In this document: positions 1-53,458 of the stretch, one piece after another | How positions within the stretch are numbered: position 1 is the first letter of the stretch | How the letters are laid out: each line of letters starts with the position of its first letter | Assembly (NCBI GenBank): GCA_951406725.2 | Contig: OX597816.1 | Location: 144,026,001 to 144,090,000, forward strand | Origin: Octopus vulgaris | Taxonomy: Eukaryota | DNA: 64,000 nucleotides | Reading direction: 5' to 3' | Notes under the pieces: model-generated | Told to the model about the DNA's origin: nothing | The model's input: the letters and a program-made list of their open reading frames with translations, nothing else | The model's database searches: none | Translations under genes and position numbers: made by a program

Positions 1-742
1 CCCTCCCCATCACCACACGTAGAGTATCCATGACTACATAATCTAATATGTTCTCCATTTATGTGAAGACGGTAAAGAACATTTGGTTGCTATTTCTAGT
101 AGATCTAGTGGCTGCATTGGTTCTCTTTTTAGAGTAAGTGCTTTGTGGTGGATTTTAAATGACAAGTTTGAATGTTAAAGAGTTAAGGTAAAAGGTTGTA
201 ATCATAGACATAAAGTTTTTAGTCTAGCCCTTTACAGCTCTGATACTGCAACTACCTTAATTTCTTTGCTGGGCATGAAGACTATTTTCCAAATGGAGAA
301 GAATTCTTTTCTGAGTAAACAGTACAATGTCTGTTTCAACAAGATACTTATTAACTATTCTCATATACTAGGAACCTTATATAATCCACTCTGCCACAGC
401 TTAAGAGAGTTCACACTTTTCACTAACAATGGCATCTTCTTATACTAGAGAAAATAAAAACAGAAACAATTCTTTTTTTTTTTTACACCGTAAAGCCACT
501 TACTAAATATGTATTGTCTTAAGGAATTAACAAAAGTTAGGTACAGATGAAGCCAACACGCAGTAGTTTATCAAACTAATAGTCTTTATGACAATGGATA
601 TTTCCTTTCACAAGGTGCATTTATTTCCACAAGATGGACCAGATTAATCCTGTTATGCTTTTTGAGTCTATAAAGATATTAAATTAGAAGTGATAATACT
701 TATAATAAAGATTTCTAACATAGGTACAACATAAATGTTTAA

Positions 743-962
743 CCCTTTCATTACCAACCCGGCTGAAACCGGCTCTGGCCCTGAGTACAAATGTCTTGTT
801 TTCATAAATTTTGAATTAAAATCTTCCACCAAACCTTAGTCCCAATTTATGTTCCTAACATTAGCTGAATGATAAGTAAGTTATTTTACTAAATTCTTTG
901 TTATATTTAAAGTAATTGAAAGAAACACAAAGCATCTCAAATTAAATACAGTAACAAAAGGG
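743..962. mobile_element. piggyBac-like MITE (220 bp)
   Basis: TTAA on both sides; TIRs CCCTTTCATTAC / revcomp CCCTTTTGTTAC. Confidence 0.8.
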
Positions 963-2813
963 TTAAGGAAGGTATAGTCAAATTTATCAACCCCAAAATG
1001 ATGAAAAGCTATTTCAGCTCTTGTGAAATTGGAACACAGACCATGAAGATGTAATCTTATACCACAAAGTATTTTGCTTGATACTCTACCAATTCTGCCA
1101 AGTTATTAACTTTCATGATTATAACAATTAGTCAACAACTTAATCAAATTAATGACTTTATCTTAGATACATTCCTATTTTTTGTAATAACAAAGAAAAT
1201 ATTCTAGGTTACCATGATCACAGTATATGGTTGGCACTATTTTTCACCCTTCCCTAAGATTTGACAAATATGTCAACCATGTTAATAACTGAGAGAAACC
1301 AACCATGACATTATAAGATTAGTTAAGCTATTTTTCTTCTTGTACCAACAGCTTCATCATTAGTGTTTCTTACAACAGTCTGATGTTGGGGATGTTAAGA
1401 TAAATATTTATTTATCCTATATCCTAACGAAATAAAGAGAACAAAATAATGATTTTTTATTTACTAATCCCATACACTTGGAGACAGATTTCATTTATCT
1501 GACTGAGGAGAGTAATAAGTAAAAAAAAAAAAAAAAAGACTTTTGAGAGATAACTACATTCCAATTAAAGTATGAATATTAATTTATCCCATGCACTAGG
1601 GTAATAGAGATCTTTAATAAAAGATGAATATTTACTCTGTTCATTACAATAGTGACATTTCCTGGGTAATCATAGTTACTGCTTTCAGGGAAGTAATTGT
1701 AGTTGTGGTATTCATGCATTTCTCAGCACATTAACAAGTAACATGAAATGAAATAAAGGGATAACAACAATCTAAACCAGGTTGCTAATTCAATTCACAT
1801 GAATCATATATCATCTGCTCTATGACACTTGCAGAACATTTTAAAACAACAGGGGTTATTGTATATTTATCACATAACCAGAGATTTCAATCTGGAATTG
1901 ACGCTTATTTGCAGACAGTTCACCAAGTTCCTAGGGCTGTCTTGATACTTGCCAATAATAAGAATAATGATTTCTTGTACAAGCATAAAGCCACAAGTTT
2001 ATAGGAGAGAATTATATTAATTGAACTGACCCTAGTATATGATTAGTACATGCTAATTAAAAGCAAAGTCAACTCTAGAGGGATTGATTAATTCAGAATG
2101 CAGAGACCATCACCATCAGTCAACATCCACTTTTAGTATGTTTTTATGAGTCAGATGGAATTTGCTATGGCAGATCTTGTGGTTGGATGCCCTTCCTGTC
2201 ACCAACCCTCATCTGTTTACAGGCAAGGTAATATTTCCACATGATCAGACAAGTTCATCAAGGAAGATTGGAAACGAACAACATCGCTTGTATGACAGTG
2301 ATGTACGTTTACAACCATCACAGAAGTCAAGACAAGGGTACACACAAACATATACACACACACACATTTGGTAGGTAGAAACTGAAAAGCCCATCATATA
2401 TTTATATATATACACATACACACACACGATAAGCTTCTTTCAGTTTCCATCTGCTATATCCACTTACAATGCTTTGGTTGGCCCAAGATGCCATGCAGTG
2501 AAATTGAACCAAAGACCATTGGTTGGGAGTAAGCTCTTCAACCACACACCCATGCCTGATCCTTTGTGAAACAAAACTAAATACCAGATATTTAGTCTGA
2601 TGGCAACCACAACAGTGACTACTGCATTCTGCTTCTGAACAACAAATTTAACTTTGAATTCTTCCTTTAAGACATTGGTGATTTAAATGTAGCAATCAGA
2701 TATAGCCATGAATAAGAACAACAGTACATAGGACATGAAAGTAATAATGGTGATTCCATACACTGGCACAAGGCCAGCAATAGAAGTTCAAACTACTCCA
2801 GCATACTACAGTA

Positions 2814-3022
2814 TCATCATCATCATCGTTTAACATCCGTTTTCCATGCTAGCATGGGTTGGATGGTTCAACCGGGGTCTGGGAAGCCAGGAGGCTGCAC
2901 CAGGCTCCAGTCTGATCTGGCAGTGTTTCTACAGCTGGATGCCCTTCCTAACACCAACCACTCCATAGATGTTGTGGGTGCTTTTTACGTGCCACCGGCA
3001 CAGGAGCCAGGGGAGGCTGGCA
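2814..3022 (-). mobile_element. RTE-family 3' end with (GAT)n tail
   Basis: (CAT)n CGTTTAACATCCGTTTTCCATGCTAGCATGGGTTGG...CTACAGCTGGATGCCCTTCCTAAC, shared with several copies in the window. Confidence 0.75.
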
Positions 3023-4119
3023 AACATATTTGATCAAATTTGAAAAACAGAAAGCAAAGTTGATCAAGACTAAAACTGAACTATAAACAGTGATGAGATT
3101 AAATATCAATTCTATAACTCCATTACTATTTTAAGAGTCTTGATGGAAGATATAATGCACTACAGTTCATGAATCAGCTCTTGAAATTTTAGGTAGGAGT
3201 AGCAGGTCAATTACATCAATCCCAGTACTTCAGTGGTGCTTTATCAAACCTGAAAGGATGAGGGGTAAAGTTAACCTTGGTGAGATTTGAACTCAGAATG
3301 TAAAGAGGTGTAATACCATGAGGTATTTTGTAAGACACTAACAATTTTCTGGTCATATGTCTGTAGCACTGGAGCTGTGACCTCTGAATGTGAATTGGTA
3401 GTGACTTTGACCTACAGACACACCCTAATCTCTGAGCTATACATCCTGTTGAATAACACTACTCCAGAGATCTTTTGCAGGAACCCCATTTTGGCTGCTT
3501 GTATTTTGTACATCTTAGGTCATTACCCAACATTCATGACCAAAGGTGAGGATAGGTATGAAAACTGATTTGAAGATAACAAAATTGGTAGCTTTTTACC
3601 AACCTCTCCTCTTCTGATGGTTGAATGCCGGAGCAAACATGTTACTGTGCCACCACCTGTGATTCTAGCAACCAATTCAACCTCCTGTGTTCCATCACTT
3701 GTGCACATGGCCCCCAAGATACTTACACTTTCCCACTTGTCTCAGTGATGCCCTACTAACATACAGAGTGTACTGGGAAGACTTTCTTGAGAGGACTGAT
3801 GTCTCAGTCTTTGCAATAAGATGGTTGGATAATCCTGCTGGAAAGATGGTTGCTTCTGATAGACACCTCTTCCATAGGGTCCTGAGGACTTAACCCCCAT
3901 GACACTCTCAGGAACAGAGGGTTGAGAAAATGGATAAGTGGACTAACAGTTGTACCAATCCACTACCCTTCAATGCTAGTAATAATAATTTCTCATATTT
4001 GGCAAAAAAAAAACATGTAAAGTTGATTTGGTCACAATATAGTATGTGCTTATTTAATCAAAACAAGATGAATGAAAGTTAAAATTTACTCCACTGTTTT
4101 AAAACTAATAATTTCTAAT

Positions 4120-4540
4120 GTGCTGGTTTGGTCATGTGATGCATATAGACAAGGACAACTGCATAAAGCAGTGCAAAGCTCTAATTGTGGAAGGGGTAGA
4201 CCCAGGAAGACATGGGATGAAGTGGTGAGAAAGGATCTTCAGACACTGGGCCTCATTGAAGAAATGACAAGGGACTGGGAGATGTGGTGATTTGTACTTG
4301 ATAGGACACATCAAGCTAAGTAAAATCACTGTCTTCCACATGTACAGGCTTATCCTTTCAGGTGCCAGTGCCACTTAAAAAGCACATGTGCCACTGGCAC
4401 ATAAAAACACCCAGCACACTCTGTTATGTGGTTGGCATCAGGAAGTGTATCCAGCCATAGAAACCATGCCACAGCAGACAGTTGGAGTCTGGACAGCTCC
4501 CGGCTAGCCACTTCCATATCAAACCCATTGCTGATGATAA
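4120..4540 (+). mobile_element. RTE LINE 3' fragment
   Basis: Track ORF 4072..4290 contains GRGRPRKTWDEVVRKDLQTLGL; followed by the family 3' UTR. Confidence 0.8.
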
Positions 4541-7500
4541 TGCACAAGCGTTTATATTTAGGGAACAGTTGTTTATATTAACTCCAATACATGGCTGTTA
4601 TTTTGAGTGGTGGATGGCAAAGGTGCAATATATTCTCCAATAATGTCTTTTGCACCAGATCACAAAATAAATGTGTATGGAGGGATATAAATAAGACTCT
4701 ATGATATTCATTTAAATAAAGTGTACATGGCCTGTATAAATGCTGAACAAAGAACCATATTGCCAACAATGAATACTAAAAAAAAAAGAATTAAAAAAAA
4801 AAGACTTATACAAGATAGAGATGTCAATAAAAGTTAAGCATTGCAGTTTTTTTCAACTTCAAAACTTGGATTTGATATTTTCTTAGATATTCCAATGAGT
4901 TTATTGCTAAATTGCAGAAAATGCACATACAAAAAGAAAAGAGAGAACAGAGTGATATCTGATTGTCTGTTGCTGATTGGACAGAGAATTAAATGTTTTT
5001 ACCAAAAAAAAAATGTCATTAGTTCGGTGAATCAACATCTCTTGCACAACAATTTTCACACTTTATTTTGAGATGACGAGAAGAAAGAATATTAAAACAG
5101 GACCCAACATTATAATAACCAATGACCCAACCATTGGCTAAAAGATCACAAATTTGTAAGGAAAGGTTAAGGCCAACATCTTGACCCAATAAATGATCAG
5201 TACTTCTCATATTAAAAATGTGGAGAAGTTAAAGACAACTCATGAGATATAAAACTAAGAACTTTTATAAGAAATAATTGTTTCTAAAATAATAATTTCT
5301 ACTCTAGGCAGAAGGCCTGATATTTTTGGGGGCGGGGGAGATTTATTATATCAACCCCAGTACTTGACTGAAACTTTATTTTATTAACTCCAAAAAGATG
5401 AAATGTAAAGTTGACCTCAGTGGAATTTCAACTCAGAACGTAATGAATCAGAAGAAATGCAACAAATCATTTTGTCCAATGCTCACCAGCTTAATAATAA
5501 TAATAATAGTAATGATAACTGTTTCTGATTTAGGCACAAGGTCAACAGTTTTGAGAAGTTAGTCAATAACATCAACTCCAGCAGCTGACTGTTAGTTTAT
5601 CAACCTTGAAAAGATGAAAGGCAAAGTTGACCACTGCAGTATTTGAACACAGAAAAATACGAAAGGATATTTTCCCCATTTGGCTCCAAACTTAAGTAGT
5701 TTAAAATATTTTGCCCAGAAACACAATCCAGTACTCTAAGTATAGTAATGTAAACCAAAAGTCCATTGTTTTGTTTTTTGTTTTACATAGCCAATTGCAT
5801 CGCTAATAATTGTCTTGTTTTCACTAGGCACAATGCTTGAAAATATATAGTAAAGAAGAAACAGGCATCAACATCACAACATCTGAAAATCTAAAACTGA
5901 GTCATAGACTTAGCTCAAGTGTTTTTAAAAGAAAGAAAAATGGATATATGATATTGAAGCATTTTCTTCAGACCAGTGATGACGTGAAAACAGTAAATCT
6001 GCTGGAGTTGAAATAAGTTTGTCAACTTGCTTTTCTGAAAATAGACTTCTGCAACATGGTGCTTACCAAAGAATTTGTTCTTAGACTTCCACTCTTAAGT
6101 TGTCAGCCAGCTAAAAAGAACAAGTGTGTGTCACATAACAATACTACTCCCATATTACTAGTGAGCAGCTGCCACAAGCACAAAACACTAGACTGCTTCT
6201 AAAAGAAGGTCATCTGACTGACAGACAACCCTTCAATTCACCACGGCATGCTAGACCCACTAAATGTGCTGTGTCCTTACTGTCAGTTACACTGCAATTA
6301 CAATAGTTGTTGTTCATCTCAACCAGTTAGTTATATACTATTTCCATTTAAACCAACCCATCTTTCATATCCCTTATGCGCCATACAGACTTAGTTCAAG
6401 CTGAACATCAACTGAGCTGAACTCAGCAATCTAAGACGACTTGGAAGGATTATGGTCATATCCCATCTACCTTTCCTTGTATACAATACGTGGTCCTCCC
6501 TTTTTTTACCTCTGGGTTATTTGGCAGTTAAAAATCTGATTCAATTAAAAATCAAAGTCTATTATAAATTTTCATTTAGCACAACAGAAGGGATAAGTGA
6601 TAACTTTATGTACACAGTTAAGTGAAAGGAAATGTAATGTTCACAGTTTAGGTCCATCTTACAAGAAGATTAAAAAAGCCAAGAAGTCACAAAAAGAACT
6701 CAAAATTTATAGCAGACTTAATTTCCAAACAACTGTACCAATTTCTAGGGAAAAGATACTATTGATTTTTATTGACTCCCAGAAATAATTTCTTTATAAG
6801 TAGGAAAATATATAAAATTAACCCACGTAGTCTATTATTGTTACTTATATGATAGAATAGGGAAGGATAAGAGTAAAGCTGACCCAAGAAAATTCCAACT
6901 GCAAGAATGTATTATAGATACCATAACATTTATGTATCAGCCCTTTAACACAAGCCTAGAAATTTATAAGAGATTAGTATTCAATGAGCACTCAGTAATA
7001 TTAGAGCTATTTATTGACTTTGGTAGGAAAAATGCTAACTCAACCTTGGCAAGATTTAAACTCAGAAGAGAGATCAATGAAACTATATACTAGAAACCAT
7101 TCAATGCAGTATTCTACTGTTTCTGCTATTCCACCTTAGATTTCTTATTCTGGTACAAGAAAACAAAATATGTGTGAGATACAAGAGAGGTAGAGATGTT
7201 TTGATCAACTTGGGTACATGCTGTGTACTTATTTTATTGACTCTGGTAGGATTTCAACTTAGAATGTAGAATGATGAAAACAAAGGCATTTCGTTGCACA
7301 TCTTAACATTTGTCCTTCTCCATTTAGACATGAACTGTTAACCAAGCAGATCTAAATCTCGCAGCTGAGTACAGATGAAATGTTTTCCATCTTGTTTCCT
7401 TTCACAACAGTGATGTAACTGAAATACAAAACTACACAATTTCCCCTATTTCACAAAGTAAATCAAATACTGTTCCACATCATTATCATATTTCCACCAC

Positions 7501-7653
7501 CATCATCATCATCATCATCAATATAAATACACATTTATGTTTTCTTATATATCAGAAACAATTTCAAAAGCGCAAAGTTGATTTTTAGAGAATATTTCTT
7601 TAATTTTTTTTTGCTTTTTCCATTTTCATAATGTGGGCACGGTTGGAAATTTG

Positions 7654-7699
<46 letters not shown>

Positions 7700-8294
7700 C
7701 TTTTCAAGAAAATATGTGTATTTCTGTATCATATAAATAAATAACATTTAAACAGAAAACTTTTTTTCAATTTATATAAATTAAATGGAAAAGAAAAAAA
7801 AGTCTTTTTTTCTTTTACCAATCTTTCTTTCTCTCTCTCTCTCTTCTTTTACAAAACTTTCAAGTGATTTCCTTCCATACATGTTCAAACCAACATTGAA
7901 GAAAGTCTTGTTTCTAACTTTAAAATAAGAAATATGTACAAGAAGAATAAAAGAAAACATTGAATGTCTTCAGTCTACAAACTAGAAACACTCACACAGA
8001 CACACACATACATACATTCACAAGTAGACACCACTCAAGTAAAAATGAGAAAAGGCAGTAAAACACTAGAAAAATAGTCCTATTTTACAGAATCTGACAC
8101 TAAATGTGTCACTTCTAGCTGTGTTTAGCAGTTTAAAACTTTTTTTTTGCTTTCATTTGGCTGGCACTTCAGGAGTTGCCACTGTACATTTGCAAACAAT
8201 GTCATTTAACATCAAATAAATAAATAAATAAATAGAAGGAATATTTCAATAAATAAAGTGTTTGTTAGATCTTCTATTCTGCAAGTGCTATACA

Positions 8295-8528
8295 GGCTTG
8301 TGGGAATTGGTGCACAGAATTAATCCACTTGGTACATTGAAGCCTATTTGAGGGCTTAGTGCAAAGAATTAATTCAATGAATAAACTGAAGTCCTTTTTT
8401 GGAGCTTGGTGCACAGAATTTCGGTTGATAATATGAAGTCCTCTTCAGGCCTTGGTGTACAGAATTTATTCAGTTGACCTTTTGAGCCTTTGGTGTAGAG
8501 AGTTTACTTGATAAATTGCATCCTATTC
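8295..8528. repeat. Degenerate tandem repeat, 5 units of 38-50 nt, in the PHTF proximal 3' UTR
   Basis: Core TTGGTGCACAGAATT variants at 8307, 8356, 8406, 8452, 8490. Confidence 0.85.
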
Positions 8529-8543
8529 AATAACATGTTGCCA

Positions 8544-49433
<40,890 letters not shown>

Positions 49434-49689
49434 GGGGAGAATTCCTCTTTGCCTCCAAAAATTTCAGTAATTTTTACTTTCCCTGTAAAATAACAATAAA
49501 AATAAAAAATAACATCTTCTGAAAAATACTTATTGAAATATTTAGAAGTAGTTTCAAAAGTAATTTAGTTCATAAAAAAAAAAAAGAGTTATTATATAAA
49601 ATATCTTTTTAATATATAAAAATATACAAAAATAACGATATCTCTCCCTCCCTCTCTCTCTCACACACACACTAAATACTTATACTCAC

Positions 49690-49800
49690 CGACTACCTCA
49701 TAACCTTTCTAATTGTCTGTGCCGTCATGTTTTAGAGTTGTGGGCCATTAAAGAAGTGTGCAGATTGGCTGTTACTGTATAAGCTTAATCCGAAGCTTAC
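49690..49800 (-). other. PHTF: Probable non-coding first exon (5' UTR) of PHTF; upstream boundary approximate
   Basis: Donor TCG|GTGAGTA at 49690/49689, about 200 nt upstream of the exon 2 acceptor, at the edge of a CpG-retaining region. Confidence 0.55.
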
Positions 49801-50450
49801 GAAGACTACAACAATAGTGAAAAACAGATTACCAAAACAGACGCCAAACACGAGTTAATCAGAGACCCAATAGATCAATTTCTATGAACGCATCAAGTGC
49901 AATTAGCTCATCTTCTCTCAGACTCCAGATAACAGACATAGAAGGCAGAATATTTGCATGATAACAATTAAAAGAGAGATAAAACCAATGTTATACTTTA
50001 CTGAAATATAATGACTACCACAAACAATCTGCAGGTTGCATGGAATTCATTTTAAATTTTAGTATCTCATTACTGCACGAGATAAGAAAAGTTATCGGGA
50101 ATGAAGAAAATAAAATTTGTAACATACAAAAAAAAAATAATAAATAAATAAAATAAAAGAATATTTAAAATGAGTGGTATCTTAGTTAAGGGGTTTTGTT
50201 GTAGCAACAATGACAGTGCACACGTGCAAAAAGTGGGAATTTTAACCGTATTAGGAAAACAGCATTAAGACGGTACTATTTTTCTTTTATCGATATTAAT
50301 ATTTATTGATTCCTCTTCGAAGGAAGAGAAAAGTGAAACGCGGAACATTTTATTCGTCTAAGAAAAACACAATAACGTTGGTAACTATGTATACAGGTGA
50401 ATCATTTATTGAATGTGATTTAATTTTCTATTCAGGAATAGCAACAAAAG
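49690..50450. promoter_or_regulatory. Probable PHTF promoter/TSS region
   Basis: Non-repetitive, visibly richer in CG dinucleotides than the gene body, directly upstream of the first exons; contains ATTGG/CCAAT and a CACGTG E-box (50221). The exact TSS cannot be determined. Confidence 0.45.
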
Positions 50451-51246
50451 AGTTATCTTCCCATTATTATTATTTTTTTTTTTTATGGAGGGGAGAAGAC
50501 TCATGAGATTATTATTGTTAAGTAATCTGAAACTAGTAAAAAGAATAAAAGTTACCAATATTTAGGATTGGAATATGTGTAAAGAAAACTTACGAACAAT
50601 GATAATAGAAATCAAGTTACAAAATTACAAAAGATGTCCAATACAATCTGATTGAAAGGAATAGACGTTGCGATAGTTTCGATGAATGAAGGAGCGTTCC
50701 AGGTGCTCAAATCATTGAAACTATTTACATACTGTATTACAATCTGTGGTTGAGCATTCCACGGGTACATACATAAAGCAATCTTTCAGTGGGAGCAGCT
50801 TAATAGTGTGTAACAGGAACGGCTCGTTGAATGCAGATTCAGTCCAACCAACTCCTCCCACACAGTTTCCATCAATTCAATTTTACTCAAGCTTACGTAA
50901 ACAGAAACTGTCCCCAAGGTTCTGCACATAAGATTGAAACTAGAACAATTTGACTACAACTATGTAGTAATATGATTCCTAACTATGAATCAACTTTCAG
51001 TACATAATACTAAATCGATGACAGAGGAAATTCAATATCGATCTAAATAGGATCTCAACTCAAAATGAAAACGGATGTAATTAAATAATGCCGCTTCGTT
51101 TCTTTAATATGCTACGTTCAATATATCTAACTTAGGCACAATGCTGCTCGTTAAAAGAGAAGGGTATGCTTGATTACTTTAACCCTACCGCCTTAGCCAT
51201 TTCACCATTGCATAAATAACTTAATATTATTTTGTGTAAAGAAAGG

Positions 51247-51600
51247 TTAGCACGCCAGACGAAATGCTCAGCAGTATTTCGTCTGTCGCTACGTTCTGAG
51301 TTCAAATTCCGCCGAGGTCGACTTTGCCTTTCATCCTTTCGGGGTCGATTAAATAAGTACCAGTTACGCACTGGGTCGATATAATCGACTTAATTCGTTT
51401 GTCCCTTCTGTGTTTAGCCCCTTGTGGGTAGTAAAGAAATAGAAACAGGTATTTCGACTACCTTTACGTTCTGAGTTCAAATTCCGCCGAGGTCGATTCA
51501 GGGTCAATAAATTAAGTACCAATTGTGTACTGAAATAGATCTAATCGTCTGGTCCCCTCTCTGCAAAATTTCAGGCCTTGTGCATAGAGTAGAAAAGAAT
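51247..51600 (+). mobile_element. tRNA-derived SINE, dimer-like (two partial units)
   Basis: B-box GAGTTCAAATTCC twice; core GTCGACTTTGCCTTTCATCCTTTCGGGGTCGATTAAATAAGTACCAG resembling the Meta/MESC-type SINE core; CpGs intact. Confidence 0.8.
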
Positions 51601-51929
51601 ATTAATTTGTATAATATGGTGTCTATTTTTAAAGGAAGTTATAGTCAGGCTAGCAGAGATAAGTCTAATACACCAGATATTTGTATTTAAATCTATAAAG
51701 TAAAATCTAGACAAGAGGAAGCTTAAACGCACTTACAAAAGCGAATATAAGACCCTCCACTAGATGGGATGCCAGTTCGTCGTAGGGTAAGTCCCACCTT
51801 TCACTGGTACTCATTTCAGCTAAATAGACTGAAGTACCGTGAAAGTAAGTACCTTGCTCAAGGACAACGTGTTGCCCGGTCAGAGAATCGAACCCATAAT
51901 ATAACGATTGCGAACCCAACATTTATATA

Positions 51930-52056
51930 TAAGAGACGACGATAATGTCATTTAATCCCAGGAAGACATCCCCTCCAGCTGGTTTATTCAGTGAGCACTG
52001 AATAAACCAGCTGGAGAGGTCTTCCTGGGGTTAAATGGTAGTATCGTCGTCTCTTA
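51930..52056. repeat. Near-perfect palindrome (~60-nt arms)
   Basis: TAAGAGACGACGATA...CTCCAGCTGGTTTATTCAGTG-AG-CACTGAATAAACCAGCTGGAG...TATCGTCGTCTCTTA. Confidence 0.92.
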
Positions 52057-52137
52057 GAGGACAGCCACATTAAAGTGACCGTAAGCAATACTTTTTGCTT
52101 CGTATACTGCTTCTATCTCGAAGAGAAATTTTGTAAC

Positions 52138-52141
<4 letters not shown>

Positions 52142-52201
<60 letters not shown>
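52142..52201. repeat. (TA)n microsatellite; others at 7657, 11478, 38627, 41360, 60353
   Basis: Read directly. Confidence 0.95.
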
Positions 52202-52204
<3 letters not shown>

Positions 52205-52831
52205 TTTCTTGATTGTGGCTGTACAACGAATTCGGTGACAATCTGATGACAGTACCTTCGAAAACTTGATATACAGTTCCTAGTGCACTAGAAACATACT
52301 AAGCTGGAAAAGCTAGTTAATCTCAGTGTATATCTCTTCTCTCGCTTGTCCTGGTAATGCTGAGCGCGTTTCTCTTCCATATTTTAAATCCCCACTCTAA
52401 TAGTAAGAGCGTTAGAATGAACGGCTAACTGGTACTTTTTATTAAAAGGATTGACGGTACTCTTTTCTTCAAAGTAGTCTTCAGTTAGTCTTTGAATCAT
52501 CTCTGTCCTTTAAAGCAGGCAATGACTGATGAGGATAGAAGGTTGTTCAGCACACAGTAGATGTTAAAGGCTTCGAGGGGCTAGTACAACATAATTCATA
52601 CAGCTAACACATTGAGACACTTCAACACCTTTAACAACTAGTATCTATAGAAGTTCCTTTATACATACAAATCTGCACGTATACATACATACGTACAAAC
52701 AAACAAACAAAAAAAATACCCTGTTGTTGATGCTGAAATTCCAATAGAGGAGCTTTGGATCTAGGTTAGAATCCGGCTCTTTCTCTATTGGCAAATCTTG
52801 AAATAAAACTGAATAATGATATGCATGCACA

Positions 52832-53053
52832 CAATGGAGGTGGGGTGAAAGATTCCTGGCGTTTAGGGTATCGCGAAAGGCCTAGTTGGAGGTTCAACCG
52901 CCAGAGTTCTTTTACAAGGCTCAGAAAAGCCGAAGGATCGCTGCAATAAGTGTGTGAATCGGAGAGGGTAATATGTTGAATATAATCATAATTACCTGAT
53001 CCTCCTGTACTTTTTTTTTCCCCCAAAGCCAGAAACTTTTCAGCATCCTCTCG
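52832..53053 (+). mobile_element. Internally deleted mariner derivative (MITE)
   Basis: Decayed TIRs (GGGGTGAAAGATTCCTGGC / GCCAGAAACTTTTCAGCATCCTCTCG) and a C-terminal transposase remnant DRCNKCVNRRG*YVE. Confidence 0.65.
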
Positions 53054-53101
53054 TGTATGTGTGTACACACATACAAACATACACACATCGTTATGTAAAT
53101 A

Positions 53102-53458
53102 TCTTTATATATAAAAGTAAGGTTGTGTGCTGTCTGTCTCCTACGATTTAGATTCCTAACTACTCCCACATTTTGCGGTGCAGTTTAACCAAAACCGGGT
53201 ATCTTATAGTCGTGATTCATATCGAGCCCTTCTGGGTATTAGCGCGCGTCTACGATTTAAAAAAAAAATTACCATCTTTTTTTTCCATTTAAATGCATTT
53301 TTTCGCTATTGTATAAGGGAAGTAACTCTCTAAAAATGTCTACGATGAGTCAACGATTTAAAAAAAAAATTACCATCATTTTTTTGCTATAACTCTCTAA
53401 AAATGCTTATATAGTTATTTCCCTTACAAACCCGAGCAACGCCGGGCGATACTGCTAG
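53102..53458 (+). mobile_element. Non-autonomous Helitron (357 bp)
   Basis: A|TC 5' end, CTAG|T 3' end, subterminal GC hairpin CCCGAGCAACGCCGGG (53431-53446), internal direct duplication of ACGATTTAAAAAAAAAATTACCATC...AACTCTCTAAAAATG. Confidence 0.85.

Noticed and set aside
5971-6005. C/D snoRNA-like CCAG-TGATGA...CTGG
   Set aside because: Only ~33 nt and lacks a D box (CTGA).
8295-8528. CRISPR-like appearance of spaced repeats (also 61400-62150)
   Set aside because: Eukaryotic context, degenerate repeats, spacers related to each other, no cas genes.
50290-50400. First exon of a divergent plus-strand gene (CAG|GTGAAT at ~50396)
   Set aside because: Donor-like motif only; I found no downstream plus-strand coding exons.
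52236-52290. CTGATGA...GAAA hammerhead-like core
   Set aside because: Helix I and helix II cannot pair; only a 4-bp helix III.
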